Positions 1 to 12,683 of a stretch of DNA of 64,000 nucleotides are shown one piece after another; position 1 is the first letter of the stretch, and each line of letters starts with the position of its first letter. Made by a program: the position numbers and the translations under genes. This DNA comes from Orbicella franksi. Taxonomy: Eukaryota. The notes beneath the pieces were generated by a model. The model did not search any database, was not told the DNA's origin, and worked only from the letters and a program-made list of their open reading frames with translations. The stretch is taken from contig OZ116707.1 of the NCBI GenBank assembly GCA_964199315.1, positions 4,402,001 through 4,466,000 on the forward strand, read 5' to 3'.

Positions 1-173
1 GTATCGTCAGCGTAGAACTGAAATTGCATTTGGGAAAAAACCGGAGAGAAATCATTTTGTTAAAGTGCCACTCCATTAACGCAGGTTTTGTGATGCTGCG
101 TTACTTTCATTCCACTAAATGTTGTCTTGATTAATCCAGTGTAAGGCTTGACCTTTCATGAACCAAGCTTAAT

Positions 174-1091
174 TAACCGCGCGGCCATGGGCCGAGCGCG
201 GTTCTAGGTTTACCCGTGGTTTATTTTTTTATTTTTTATTTTTTGTCGGTGACCAGACGCAGACCTCCGCTCGGCCAAACTTTGAGTCACGCAACGTGTG
301 ATGTTTTTCCACCAGAAGCTGTTAAAACATAAACACACGGACAATTTTACGGATATTGTTTTCTTTTTTGTGGGTAAAATGTATTTTCTTTTCGCTTTAT
401 CAAAGCGTTGGATTTAAAGGGAATAATAAATACGCTGAAAAAAGGTATTACGTGAACCATGGAATGCGCTGACGTTGCAGCTTTCACTTTCGCTACGTGA
501 CAAATGAGATCGTGTTTACTTTGCAAGTTTATTTCGGCAGAAGCGACGGTCATTAATTTATTTGTAATTTTGCGAGTATTTCTTGCGGTTTTAGGCAAAT
601 GAAGTAAATCCTTTGACTGTTTCATCGCAGCGAGTTCATAGATCGGAAAGAAAATTAAATATTTGCAAGCCAAGCAAAGAACGTGTCAGAACGTGCAAAG
701 ATTACGTCATTGATAGGGAAATAACCACCGTACTAAAGATAGCCGTAGATAACGCAATTCTTGAATTATGTGACTTGTGTGACTTCTTTGCTAACCCTTA
801 ACTCAAGGGAAAAAAACAATTAAATTTAATCGTGACTTTAAAGACAGAAAGCGGTTTGTAATAGTGTTCGTATCTTCATGCCCATACATATCCCGAAGAA
901 ACTTCCAGATTAAGACTTACGTCATCGGAGATGTCACAACGGCTACGACTGATGGTGCGATAATAGAGTTTATGTTGATCAAGTGCTGTGATGTCTACAG
1001 TAATCAATGAATCATCAAAGATTGCTTTGGAATATGCACTGCGTTGCGACTGTAGTACTAAGAAAACAGTTAAATTTTAAAAGCGCGGTTA
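174..1091. repeat. Possible non-autonomous element bounded by 9-bp inverted repeats (TAACCGCGC...GCGCGGTTA)
   Basis: taaccgcgc at 174-182 and gcgcggtta at 1083-1091. A GC-rich hairpin sits at the left end (aaccgcgc-ggccatgggccga-gcgcggtt). No TSD confirmed. Confidence 0.25.
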
Positions 1092-1231
1092 TAGGATCTA
1101 ACAGATCTTCTTGTTCAAATTTGGACTGACCCAAATTAACAAAATTACACCCGTTGATTCAAACATTGAACTCAATTTGCTGCTCCACAGGCATTCCCAA
1201 TACAGTTCCAATTACTTAAGTGAATGCATTA

Positions 1232-3789
1232 GATTTAAAAAATGATAGACAGGCCTAGCACGACTCCCACTGTTTCGTGATAAACAGTCTTTGACCTTTA
1301 GAGTTTAGCTCTAACAAATATGTCTTTCAGAGATTTTCCTCTCCTGTAGATGAAAGGAGGGTCTCTGTATATTTCTCTAAGCAGAGGTTGATCTTGGATT
1401 AAATGCCATTTGCTCATTAAAATGCTTTTAAGATTGGGCATTGATGGATTATATTGTGTGACAAAAGGCAATAATCTCTTTTGCAATTTTGGTTTCTGTT
1501 GTAGTGCCGACTTCCTGTTTTTAAATTCGATTTCTGCGAGGACTTTGTTGACCAGTTTCTCTGGATAGCCTCGAACACGCAAATTTAATCTGAAATTTTT
1601 GATCTTTTCTTCAAAACTTGTTTTTGAAGGGTTTGTTCTCAGAAGCCTAAGTGCTTTACCTTTTATAAAACCTTTTTTCACACCTGGAGCGTGACAGGAA
1701 GAGAAATGCGTGTATTGAAATTTCTCAGTCGGCTTGAAGTGTGTGCAGATATCAAAGATTGAATCTTTGTTAAATCTCTCGCCTTTGAAGACAGTAGTGT
1801 CTAGGAAATTTATTTCCTTCTCTGATATTTCAGCCGTGAATTTAATGGTAGGATGGTGCCTGTTTGCTTCTGAAATAAACTGATCTATTTCCTCTCTGTT
1901 TGTGTTCCACAACGAAAACACGTCATCTATGTATCTCTTCCACTCAATGGGTTTTATCTTGCTTTTACCGATAATTTTAGATTCTACTGCGGACATAAAA
2001 ATGTTCACGAAAGCAACTGCCATTTTTGTCCCCATTGCGGTACCATGGGTTTGGAGATAGTTCCTTCCGTTGAAATGGAAGGAGTTCTCCTGAAGTATAA
2101 GTCTAAGCATGTTGCGGAGTGAATTTGTAGGAATGGGAGTGTTGTTCTTATAGAAGTCTTCGTATGCTATGCATACAGTGTTTATCCCTTCCTCTTGGGG
2201 GATATTGGTGTACAGGCTGGTAACATCCATTGAAACTAGAATCGTATTTTGTTGGACTTTTGTCCTTTCTATAAAGTTAATGAAATCTGTGGTATCTTTG
2301 AGGTACGATTTTTGCGCTTTGGCAATAGGCTGGAGGATGTGGTCTATAAATGATGATATATGTTCTGTCGGACCTTCACAGCCCGAAATTATTGGTCTTC
2401 CAGTAAGAGTCGGTTTGTGAATCTTTGTTAGTGTGTAAAACACTGGTATGCGCGGTGGGTTAGGTGTTTGAGAAAGCCATTCTTTGGTCTTTGCGTCTAT
2501 GTGACTTCCTAAATGGAGTTCATTAATTAAATCTTTGACCTTTTGTGAGGTCTCCTTCACCATTGGTGTTTCTAGGGGCATGTAGTTCTTTCTATCATCA
2601 AGTTGAGTTTGGCCCTCTGTTATCTTATCTTGTTTGTTCATAATGACCGTTGTGGATCCTTTGTCTACCTTTTTGATAACTATTTCTGTGTTAGATTTCA
2701 AATCTTTCAGTGCTATACGTTCTTGGTAAGGCAGGTTATTTCGTGGCTTAGTAATCTCGATCTCAGCGAGTTGTACTTTAATTTCTTCTAAATATGTTCC
2801 CAGTTCGATTTAACGTGGAAGGGGTGCTGTTCACTATCTTTGTTGTTAAAAATGTATCGGAGACGCATTTGTCTTGCGAAATGTTTGAAGTCTAGAAGCA
2901 GTTGTTGCCTGATGCGATTCTTATCTGGAATCGGTGTTTGGATAAATTTCAGACCCCTTGATAGTAAATTTGTCTCATGAGTTGAAATTTTGCAATTTGA
3001 GAGGTTTTTTATGTACCTCTGGTTCAACTCAGTGTTTTTTCTTCTAATGTTTAATCTCTTGTTGCTTTTACGTTCTCGGTGTTTATTGTTTACGATTTTG
3101 CGCTTTTCTTTCTCCCTCCCTTTTCCTGAACAGTCAGAAAATACACAGGGATAAGATTCACTCTTTTTATTGTCTAAAGCTTTCATCATTTCTTCCACTT
3201 TCTTGATTTTGTCTGTCAGTTCGGTGGCTAAAGCTATTACATTCTCAGTGCGAGTTGGCCTTTCTGGACGTGGCCTGTTCTTAACTAGATCAGGATTGTT
3301 TGTTTTCTTCTCTCTGGTAGTGTTCGGTCTATGCTCAACTTTACTGAGCTTGATCTTGTTGCTTTCCACACGTCTGTAGTGGTAGCGTGTGAGCGCTCCG
3401 ATAAGTTTTTGTTCTGCTTCTCTCTGGATATGCTTGATGTCACTTTTGAAGTCATCATCCGGCACTATGTTCACTCTTACGTTGTAGCGCAGATCTTTTG
3501 GGCACGTTTTCTTTGTTCTGTGTGCTTCCAGTTTCTCTATGGACACTTTGGATTTTTCAACTTTCCTCTCCAGAGATGGGGCGCTGTAGCGATTGTTCAG
3601 GCGAAATCTTTTCTGAGGGATGTTTTCCTTCCTACCTTCTGTGTGGCGGCGCTTTCGGAGAGGCAACCATTGGCCACTTTTAAGTTCGCCATCTGATGCT
3701 AACAGCAATTCCTCGGACGGTTCTTGTCCGTTTTGGTCTGATGTAGATGGGCCTGACAAGAAGCCGTCTTCATTTAGTGTTTGGTTCAT
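1232..3789 (-). mobile_element. Penelope-like retroelement, near full-length ORF, no GIY-YIG domain detected
   Basis: ORFs 2788-3789 and 1298-2701 join into one PLE-type ORF. The N-terminal part reads NLS..LLSRGLKF..FARQMRLRYIF..HPFHVKSNW. RT motifs are GRPIISG, DVTSLYTNIP, GTAMGTKMA and RYIDDVF. The ORF ends RGKSLKDIFVRAKL*. The 5' boundary is not resolved. Confidence 0.85.
1298..3789 (-). pseudogene. PLE reverse transcriptase ORF, frameshifted near 2795
   Basis: At ...KSNWE the frame switches to TYLEEIKVQLAEIEITKPRNNLPYQERIALKDLKSN, consistent with a short deletion. The YIDD catalytic motif is intact. Confidence 0.85.
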
Positions 3790-4639
3790 GTTCTATCTCA
3801 AACAAGACTGCAGTTTCGTTCCTTTAGTGGAACTCTTCAGTTGTTTCTATGTTAAGTGTCTTAGGAATGGCAGTGATAACTGATAACATTCCGTGGCAGA
3901 TGCACGCTTCTACTGCTTTTATATCTGTTGTTAGGATCGAAAATAAAGGTTCACCATTGGTTGTATGGATTAGCCAATGCAGGGCCTTGGATTTCGATTC
4001 AAATGAAGTTGTGTTTCTTGTTAAGGTCATTTTTCTGCTTTAAAGGCGTAAAAAACTTTTTTCTCAAGCTGAGAAAATGTTGAGGGATAGTATAGTCGTC
4101 AGTCTAAATGACTTGCTAGTCGCCTTAAGTCGCATTGTCTGTAAATTAAACGGATTGACAAGCTGAAACTGTATACCTTAGATCTGAAACTAAACACTTC
4201 ATAACCTACAACATGGTTATAGTCACAAACAACATCAATAATTTATAACAAGTGTCAATTGTTTGTTTTATTGCATGAAAATCAAACCGTTGATTGCCAT
4301 TGATAAGTGGAAAAATTTTTGTGAGTTCTGTTTTGTTCAGTTATTTCCAGCAATTAACTCAATTATTCCATTAAAAACAATAACTTAGATGTTTGTTAAA
4401 AAACACAGGTGTCCCGAACTCACGATTCGAGGAATCGATCAAATATTAATGATTTATGTATGCATATCTAGTGAGACGTGACTGCCCAGTTGTTGGCAGC
4501 GTCAAAGTTATTCTCTGGGAAGGCAGTTGGCAGATACATTATAGTAAACCAACAAATCGTGAAGGTAATGACAACAATAGCTATTGTGACGGTCAGGTGA
4601 TGCTCTCTCATGTGTTTAAAAGCCACCCTCTGTCCTAAG

Positions 4640-5274
4640 GGACCACAAATGTGTTTTAGAGCTGCCGAGCGTTGCTTTTAAGGTTTCAAGATGATTAAAG
4701 TGTAACATGAGATAATGATTGTGTAGCAAAGGTCCACCACGATGACTGAAAACTACGATGTTCCTTTTTTGCTGACCATTAGGCATAGGATTCCGTATAA
4801 TACCGGTAGCATTCACAGCATGACCAACCTAATCTTGAATTGCTGTTTTGTTTTGATTGTCCTGAAATTGTGTGGCCGACTGATGACCAGACATCGATCC
4901 ACGCTTATGCAACACAAATGAATGGACACTGAACATGACATATTTACAATCAGGCAAAACACTTAAGACAAGATCGCATTGCATTCACCACCAATTTGCA
5001 AACCCAGGAAGACCACAAAAACTGGCTGTCCCAGCGCTGTTACCAAGAGGTCAGGAACAGCCAGGCTCATCAGCCAAATGTTGGAAATTATCTGTAGTGT
5101 GTGATTCGTGAGGACTGTAACAATCACCAACATATTGCCAATCGGTCCAATGAATGTAGACAAAACATTGACTACCAACATTCCATACAATTGTGCCAGA
5201 GGCAAGAGATAGCACACCATGGTTGCTCTCCTCTCGTGGGTGGCGATTTTACCGCAAGCTTGTAATGAGAGCAT
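4640..5274 (-). pseudogene. Rhodopsin-family (class A) GPCR pseudogene, TM1 to about TM5, intronless
   Basis: TM1-2 read GPIGNMLVIVTV...SNIWLMSLAVPDLLV. Reading through the TAA at 4963-4965 in the same frame gives VFCLIVNMSCSVSIHLCCISVDRCLVISRP (DRY-like DRC), then further in-frame stops. Confidence 0.8.
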
Positions 5275-5450
5275 CTACCTACTCCAATTTCCACACCTGG
5301 CATGCTGGCCTATCAAAATGGACCTTGCCACGGTACTGAAAGCCATCTTGACGGGTTAGCATTTGTCAGAAATCTTTTTGACTGAGGAGAAATTACAAAG
5401 GCTTTAAGGGCCTGAAAAGTTTCCGGAGCTTTCAAGAGATGAGTGCTCGG

Positions 5451-5735
5451 CTTGGTTACTGGGACGAATTTTGTTTTCTGTTCATATGGGAAATTTCAGC
5501 CTGGCCTACCAGCATGAAATCCAAGAAACACCACCAAAATGGTGAAACATAAACTTGTATCGTTCGCAGCTGTCGTAGCTTTGTGGACTCTTGTAACTTT
5601 ACTAATAAAGCTAATTGGCATACTTCTAAAGTGGCCACTATGTTGCAAAAGAGAAGCTATTTTGTCTGAAAAGTTTCTTCTCGATTACCTGGTCTGGAGT
5701 GTTCATATGGGAAAATTTTCATCCCGGTAACCAAG
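5451..5735. repeat. MITE-like repeat
   Basis: Imperfect inverted repeats cttggttactgggacgaatttt (5451) and aaaattttcatcccggtaaccaag (to 5735), plus an internal direct repeat gttcatatgggaaa. Confidence 0.4.
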
Positions 5736-6231
5736 ATCTCGGTCGCAAAAAACCGACTTCTCATATGTATTGTGCATTTTCAGGGTCAAAATTGAAAACT
5801 AACTTTTCCACCTTTCCTTACTTGCTAAATAAAATGTCACTTATTTCCTGTCTTTGAAACAATACATTTCTCGTTTCCTGAATACTAAAATCATAACATC
5901 CGGCATATTTTGGCCTTTGAAGAAAATTATCCGTGTTTCCTGACTTCTCTCAAATTTTAAAGTCCGGCATGTTCTGACTTTCAATGTAATAAGTTACCAA
6001 ATGTCGTATTACTTAGTTTGAACTCTCAACTAAACATCCCATACAAACACCTAACAAGCAATTTAGTTCATAATGATACCCTGCTGCTGAGCCGACATTG
6101 TGATTTGCAAAATTTGTAAATGTGCGTGTTCTGACTTCTCGATTCTACCAGGCATCTTCTCCGCGCAGGCCTGGATCCTATAGTGGCAACCTAGTGCCAG
6201 GACCTGTTAGAGTTTTCCCGGGGGTTTATAA

Positions 6232-7790
6232 ATGGCATCGACAGCACAAGAGCAATTCTTGAGCAGTCTTCGCCATACATTATTCAACCTTGCAAGAAGA
6301 CTTCAACAGGACTCAGTAAGTGAAGATGTGGGTGATTATGTGCTGTTCCAATTGGAACAAATTTCGCACCATTTGGTTTGACTTGCTGACGACATGCAGG
6401 TGTTTGATGCAGTTTGAACCTCACTTGCCACTGTAACGCGAATGTTGTCAGAGGTAAAGCAGAATTGGCATCATTCCTACCCAGCAGTAGAAAACCAGCC
6501 TAGAACGGTAGGGCGTCCTAGGTTTGAGATTCCATGGGAGCAGCTGCAATATCTTGTCGATTATGAAATTACCATACCCGACATGTCCAGAGCCCTCGGT
6601 GTGAGTGAGAGTACCATGAAAAGACGTATGCGGGAGTATGATATTTCCATTACCAACAGGAGGACAGCCATTAGTGATGAAGACCTCAATAACATTGTAA
6701 GATCCATTCATGGGGATTTTCCAAATGCGGTATATCGGAGGGTCCAATCACACCTAGTGTTGCACAATATAAATGTGCCCCAGCTGAGAGTCCGAGAATG
6801 CATGCAAAGATCGGATCCGGAGGGAGTTGCAATGATATGGCTATCTCTTATGCCAAGAGCTGTGTACTGTGTTAGTGGGCCACTTGCACTATGGCACATA
6901 GACGGGAATCATGAATTAATCAGGTGAACCTTATGCGTGAACCTTATGATTATACATGGAATTTATTGTGCCTAGTTTTTAATGCAGGTGGTTGTTGGTT
7001 AGTCTCCTTTGCAGCCATTTTTTTTGGGGGGGGGTGGGGAATGTCAAGTAACGCTCTCTTCAAAGAAGTGTTGCGTGACACCCCCAAAAACGTCTATGAA
7101 GGAGACTAGTTGTTGGTAGTGAGGATAGAATCCGTGAAAAGACAGCAAAGTATGGACTCTTTTATTTTTCAATTTTAGATGGATGATTGTAGTGCATGGG
7201 TGGAGTTGATGGATACACAAGATGTCCTGTATATCTCAGGGCTGGAACAAGGAATACCGCAGCTACTGTTCTTGGCCTTTTCCAACAAGCGGTGGCAGAA
7301 TATGGACTCCCCTCAAAGGTTAGGTCTGACTGGAGAGGTGAGAATGTTGAAGTGTCTCTGTACATGCTTCAACATCCACAGTGGGGTCTTGGGAGAGGCA
7401 GTATGATTACAGGCAGAAGTGTGCATAACCAAAGAATCAAACGTTTGTGGCGAGATGTATTTGAAGGAGTGCTATATACATTATCACCTCTTTTATAATC
7501 TTGGAGAGTATGGCATTATTGACCCAGCTAACCAGCTCCACCTATATGGTCTGCATTACACCTATGCACCATGTGTTAACCAGCACCTTGACACTTGGAG
7601 AGAAGGGTTCATAAGGCACAGAATAAGGACAGCTGGGAACAGATCACCCATGCAGCTTTACATTTTGGGGCTTCTTCACGTGAGAGGCTCTGATTCTGTC
7701 GTGGCAAGGGAGATGTATGAGCCAAGGACAGATATAAGTAAATATATAGTCCAGTATCTACAGAGTTACATGTATGACTTGAATCTAAGA
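6232..7790 (+). pseudogene. IS3EU-like (integrase-core, IS3/IS481-related) DDE transposase with one intron
   Basis: ATG at 6232 is in frame with ORF 6442-6927 through two stops. HTH region ALGVSESTMKRRM, then WHIDGNHELIR. A GT-AG intron at 6924-7178 rejoins to RWMIVVHGWVDGYTR, followed by YGLPSKVRSD..GEN and SVHNQRIKRLWRDV. Frameshift near 7490. Confidence 0.75.
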
Positions 7791-8386
7791 TATTAGGAGA
7801 ATTATAGAAACTTGAAGAAGGCATTGTGTGGTTCAGGGTCCTCCCCACTATTCCTACACTTTGCGTTTATGCAAATACATCACTTGTGAAATTCATACCA
7901 ATCTACATTTAGCCCCCGAGTGGCATATTGTCCATGTCCTCACTAGCAAAGGTGATGATGTCATTTTCTGCTCTTTCACTGTTGTTTGGGCAAACAGTCA
8001 GTTTGTCTGTATAATAACAAAGAAATACCTGGTGGCTTCAAGGCTTGTTGAAGACATTATGAATTTTATTTTTATTCTCATATTGAGACAATTTTTACTT
8101 AAAATTGGAATTTATATCCAACGTCACATGTGATATCCTCTTTATATCTTCTCTGAGGCATTGCCTTGATTGTGCAGGAAGTTGTGCCTGGTTGAAATAT
8201 TGAGTTTGGTCAATGTTAAAGGTGTATAACTTCAAGAAGTTTGTGTCGCTGACTAGTTCGGTAAAATTCCAGTTTTTTTATTGCAACTTAGCTCAACATG
8301 CAACTATTCATAAAAGTTGTAATGAGGTGTAAGCATAATAGTAATAGGCCTTGGTGGTGGAGATGGTACGGGGCGCTATAGTTTGA

Positions 8387-8746
8387 TCAACCTCTAGCTC
8401 TACCTCTGGCACTGGTACCATGGCTTCTGACATTGCCTGCAACTGGAGGCCTGTATCCAAATAACGTGGTGTGTTCTGAAGCAGCGGACAAAGTGATTGG
8501 TGGTGATCTGTTTGCGGACGAAATATTTGAAATTACATTGCCACTTGCAGCAGCAACGACAGAGCTTGTCGCAGGCAAACTTGAAGGTCCAGAATTCGCC
8601 GATGACAGGGAAGCTACTCTGCCCAAGTGTTCGGCTGTCTGAATCAGACGATCTGCCACTTCTCTCAAGATATTTTGCCAAAATCCTTTCCACCACCACC
8701 AGGTATCAACCTGTACACCTTGTCTGTGAAAAGGACCCCACCACAC
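8387..8746 (-). CDS. Ser/Ala-rich ORF of unknown function, candidate convergent second gene of the IS3EU-like element
   Basis: 119-aa ORF (…SEHTTLFGYRPP…RGRARG) pointing toward the transposase. The position fits the two-gene layout of IS3EU elements. No domain recognised. Confidence 0.3.
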   Translation of the reverse strand: MWWGPFHRQGVQVDTWWWWKGFWQNILREVADRLIQTAEHLGRVASLSSANSGPSSLPATSSVVAAASGNVISNISSANRSPPITLSAASEHTTLFGYRPPVAGNVRSHGTSARGRARG

Positions 8747-9099
8747 GCTTCAACAATCTTCGCCTTGGTCTTTTGAGTTGCAGAACCAAAGTATTGGCCA
8801 ACAAGATGAGATCTCTGGACTTCCACTATCTTGGAATCAACACATTTTTAGAAACGGATTTCACTAAAAAAGTTAAAATGCAAGGATGCTTCGTCCGCTT
8901 GACAGTCATTTCAAGTTGAAAAGTAAAATTTTTGCATGCGCCCAAATATATACAATCACTTATAAGAGCACTAATGAGACACTGACTTAAATGCTGAAAT
9001 ATTTACATAGAAACAATACAAGAAAATTGCGGCATGAGTAATGAAAACGTTAAAGCAATAAAAACAATTTAAAAGATGCATATATAAAATAATTAAGTA

Positions 9100-9590
9100 A
9101 ACAGCTTTGCATGGATCAAGTCACTGTTTGTTCAATTTTGGTTGAAGTTTACAAATAAAAAGCATTTCAAAAATCAAACAGTCGAGTTTACTCTGACATT
9201 TTTTCAAAATCCTGAAATTGCTTCCAATGGTCTCTGGATCCTTTCCGTGCTCATCCTTTACGTGGTTGCCAATTGTTGATCGCTTATGTTCCTCCACATG
9301 TTGATGTAGGTGTCAACTTGTGAAGCCGACATGGTCTGCATCACACAGACCACACTTGTAATAATAAACAACGTTTTGTTGATTCACAATTGGAGGTTTA
9401 TGTTCCTTTGGTTTGAATTGTCCTTTGATCTTCTGACTTGTGTAAACAGGCTGGACAACAGCATCAATCTTTTGACTGAGATCACCAAGTTGTTGTCTTA
9501 CGGCATTCGCTGATTTGTGGTCTTTGAATGGTAAGACGATTCTGATGGGAGCGTTTTGTTCATCAGATACTTGTTGTTTAGAACACACAT
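9100..9590 (-). mobile_element. Penelope-like element 3' fragment with GIY-YIG endonuclease
   Basis: IVLPFKD..SANAVR..PVYTS..KPPIVNQQNVVYYYKCGLCDADHVGFTS, continuing with frameshifts through EEHKRSTIGNHVKDEH..ILKKCQSKLDCL to KPKLNKQ and HAKLF. Confidence 0.75.
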
Positions 9591-10488
9591 TCTCAGTAAA
9601 GGATTGCTAGCAATCATGTGTTTAGTATACAAATAAACACTTCCCGCTCTGTTGATATGCAAATGCAGCCTTTGCTCTTTACTGACGAAAAGAGCATTTC
9701 ACCACTTTTAAACAATACTTTGCTCCAATTGTATCTCCATTGTCTGTAAACGGACGCAAAGCCAAATTTTACAACTGAATGGAATGGTGGTGTTCAAATG
9801 CGCGAGTAATGCTCTTTTTTAAATAGCCGTGGATATGTTCACATGATGTGACTATATACCCCTTTTTTATTGTGACGTGACTATACCCCCTTTTTTACTG
9901 TGATGGCATCCATGATCTTAGAAGGCGTTTGAATGGCACTCACTCACTCGATTCTGATTAATTTATTCATTAAACCTGGATTAAACAATTTTCTCCTACC
10001 TTCCCAACTAAGTATGTTTTTTTGTACCAAGAGAGTCTACAGATCAGGAAGGTTTTTTGATGAGGGGGGCTAGCAAGGCGTACATTTTTGTCTGATAAAT
10101 GGAGAGCCTGGGTACAAGTTTGTTGAGTACCTCGAAGATTGAAGTTGGCCATTTTGGTGCCGTGTGTTATTTTTTCGTAAATATGTTGTTTTTGCCTATT
10201 TGCTTTTGCTCACATGTAGACTAATGCTGGTAGGGGTATTTATCACTGTGGTCATGTATTGGTCACAACAGCATGGTCGGCAAGGCCAAAGAATTGATAC
10301 AAGAAACCCGGGAAGACAAAGCCAGACTGAAGCCAGAAAGTGGGATCGTGTTTTAAGAAAAGGGAGAAATTAAGCTCGTAGCTTATTTTCTTTGCAAGAG
10401 AATTTGACGGTTTCCACTTGCTTTCTCTCCTTGTGGAAGGTAAGCTTAAGTTTTTCTTAAGTTTTGGTTTCATTAAGGTTTTTAATAT

Positions 10489-10751
10489 AGCCGATTTAAG
10501 GTTTTCAATTCCACTGATTTAAGGTTGTTAATTCGACCAATTTAAGTTTTTTAATTTGGCTGATTCAAGATTTTTATTTAGGCCGATTTATGGCTGTTAA
10601 TTTGTCCAATTTAAGGTTGTTAATTTGGCCGATTTAAGGTTGTTAATTTGGCCGATTTAAGTTTTTTAATTTAGCTGATTTAAGGTTTAATTCGGCCAAT
10701 TTAAGGTTGTTAATTCGGCCAATTTACGGATGTTAATTCAACTGATTTAAG
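10489..10751. repeat. Minisatellite, 23-bp unit (TAATTTGGCCGATTTAAGGTTGT), about 11 degenerate copies
   Basis: The period is read directly at 10621-10666. Confidence 0.9.
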
Positions 10752-12508
10752 AATAAAGTTACAGAGCTATTCTGGAGTCATGAGTTACATAAGGCAATTT
10801 GTATAATTTTTGGGTCTTGTGCATGAAATGCATACAGACCCTAAGTCAGAGGCAGATTTTGATTGTCAGTCACTTTGAGGACGAGATGACACATGACAGA
10901 TCTCCGAGAGCATAAATAGTCTTCCAGGTAGACTGGGTACTAGTAATTTCAAGTTGTTCCATTGGCCATTGCTTCTGGCGTGTTCTCGTCATGTAATTGC
11001 AGCTGTTTTCCCTGTTTTGGGAAAATTTTGCAGAGCTTTCCATCACAAATTGGTAGCATTTGTTCAAGGTAAGTTATCTTCCATTTCAAATTTGCTCTGT
11101 CTTGCTGTTTATTATCGGTTTTCTTTCTTTCATTTCAAAAATTAACTGCACTGTCCTGCCTTGTTTGTTCTTTGTTATTTCATTCAGGTGCTGCTGAGTG
11201 GAGTTTCCTCGGTGATATTGATATGGGAGTTATTTACACACACAAACCAACATATCTAGACTCGGCTTGTGTTTAGTGTGGATTGCACTGAAGCTAATAC
11301 ACTTTCACAAACCCATATTCATTGGCTTGAAATCCGGTGCAGGTTACACCACAAGCCAGCTGTTACAGGGTTATCAAAATAAGCCGGCGATCAGCACATT
11401 CTCGAAACCTGCGCTGCCTACTCCGAATGTTAGTAGGTTAGTCTTGAGCATGATCTCGGAGAAATAAAATGGAAATAAAATTGTTCAGTTATTAATTTGT
11501 TTGAACCCAAATTGGATTGTAGGGAATAAAGTATTTGCTGAAAAAGTGCTTGACACAAATCCAAACTGATTAATTTATAATTAGCCGTAAAATGTTTTAC
11601 ACCTCAGCGCATCATTTTCTGAAGTGAAAATACAGGAATAGTCTATTAAAAGTTGAGTTTTCGTTCAGTGTTCAAATGGCACTGCATTAACTAGGACTTC
11701 AGTGTTTTTTCCCCCCAGTTAAGTGCTACTGTAATGAGAGAAGTATATTTATTTACACAAGTATTACAGCCTGTAACATCTAAGGCCGTCGGCAGGAAAC
11801 TGGCTTATCCGTCATAACACTGCAAAATTACTTCAGTCTACACTATCCCTTACTTTAATGGAAATAAATATACTCCTTTGTATTTTTTGAAGTGATATAC
11901 TAATTTTCTAAATTTATAAACATACAAAAATGATACAATACAACCATGTCAATCAGCGGGTAAACACAGAATATTTAATTTAGAGGTAAAGTCCTGACGA
12001 GATGGTTATCAGTTAACGCATGCATGTCAAATACGTTCACTATTAAAAGAAGCCTAAAATTGCGAGCATGAGGTTAAAATATGAAAGAAATGTGAAATGT
12101 TATTTGCAAATTAAATTTTATGTGAGATAAAGACAAGAAAGTGCCAAAATATCAAACGTTTCAAAGCCATGATTTCTGTGTGCATAATTGCAAATTTATC
12201 TGCCAGACAAGACATCGCTTCTGACTGTGGTCTCAGGAAGCTCCTGCTGTAGTAAAATGGCAATTTCTTTTTGTAGGCTGTTGATGAGATTTTATTCTCA
12301 CTGGGCTTTTAAGTTTTTAACAAAGAAAATTGTACAATAGTGCACTTTGTGAAGTAAGTCCAAGACGAAAAGGTATTTTTGATTGCCTTCTTATGCACAA
12401 AATACAAAACAGTAGAGATACAATATGTGCAAATATGATACATACTTTATTGCAAATCCCTGCAAGGGTTTTTCAGTTACAAGACTACATAACTATCATA
12501 CTGAAATA

Positions 12509-12683
12509 CAGTTGACCCCTGACAACTCGAACCCTCGCTAACTCAAATCCCCGCTAACTCGAAGTAATTTTCATTTCCCTTCAGACCATTTTCTATATAA
12601 TTTAACCCTCGATAACTCAAACAACCGATAAGTCAAACATTTTACTATTTCCCCTGAAGGTTCGAGTTATCAGGAGTTGACTG
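12509..12683. mobile_element. pogo/Tigger-type MITE with TA TSD
   Basis: TA|CAGTTGACCCCTGACAACTCGAACC...GGTTCGAGTTATCAGGAGTTGACTG|TA. Confidence 0.85.

Noticed and set aside
2169-3883. Numerous plus-strand ORFs of 60-120 aa over the PLE, and similar shadow ORFs over Gypsy, Tc1, pogo and Crypton
   Set aside because: These are antisense or alternate-frame shadows of real coding sequence, with no motifs.
4145-4170. Pseudo-LTR or tandem 3' end upstream of the PLE (minus strand gcttgtcaatcc, similar to gcctgtcaaccc)
   Set aside because: The match is only about 9/12 nt, which is not significant.
8880-8920. Hammerhead ribozyme downstream of the Penelope GIY-YIG fragment
   Set aside because: Only a degenerate cttgaaatga...gaagc is present. 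The core CTGANGA/GAAA and stems cannot be supported.
10489-10751. CRISPR-like array
   Set aside because: The units are contiguous with no unique spacers, there are no cas genes, and the context is eukaryotic.
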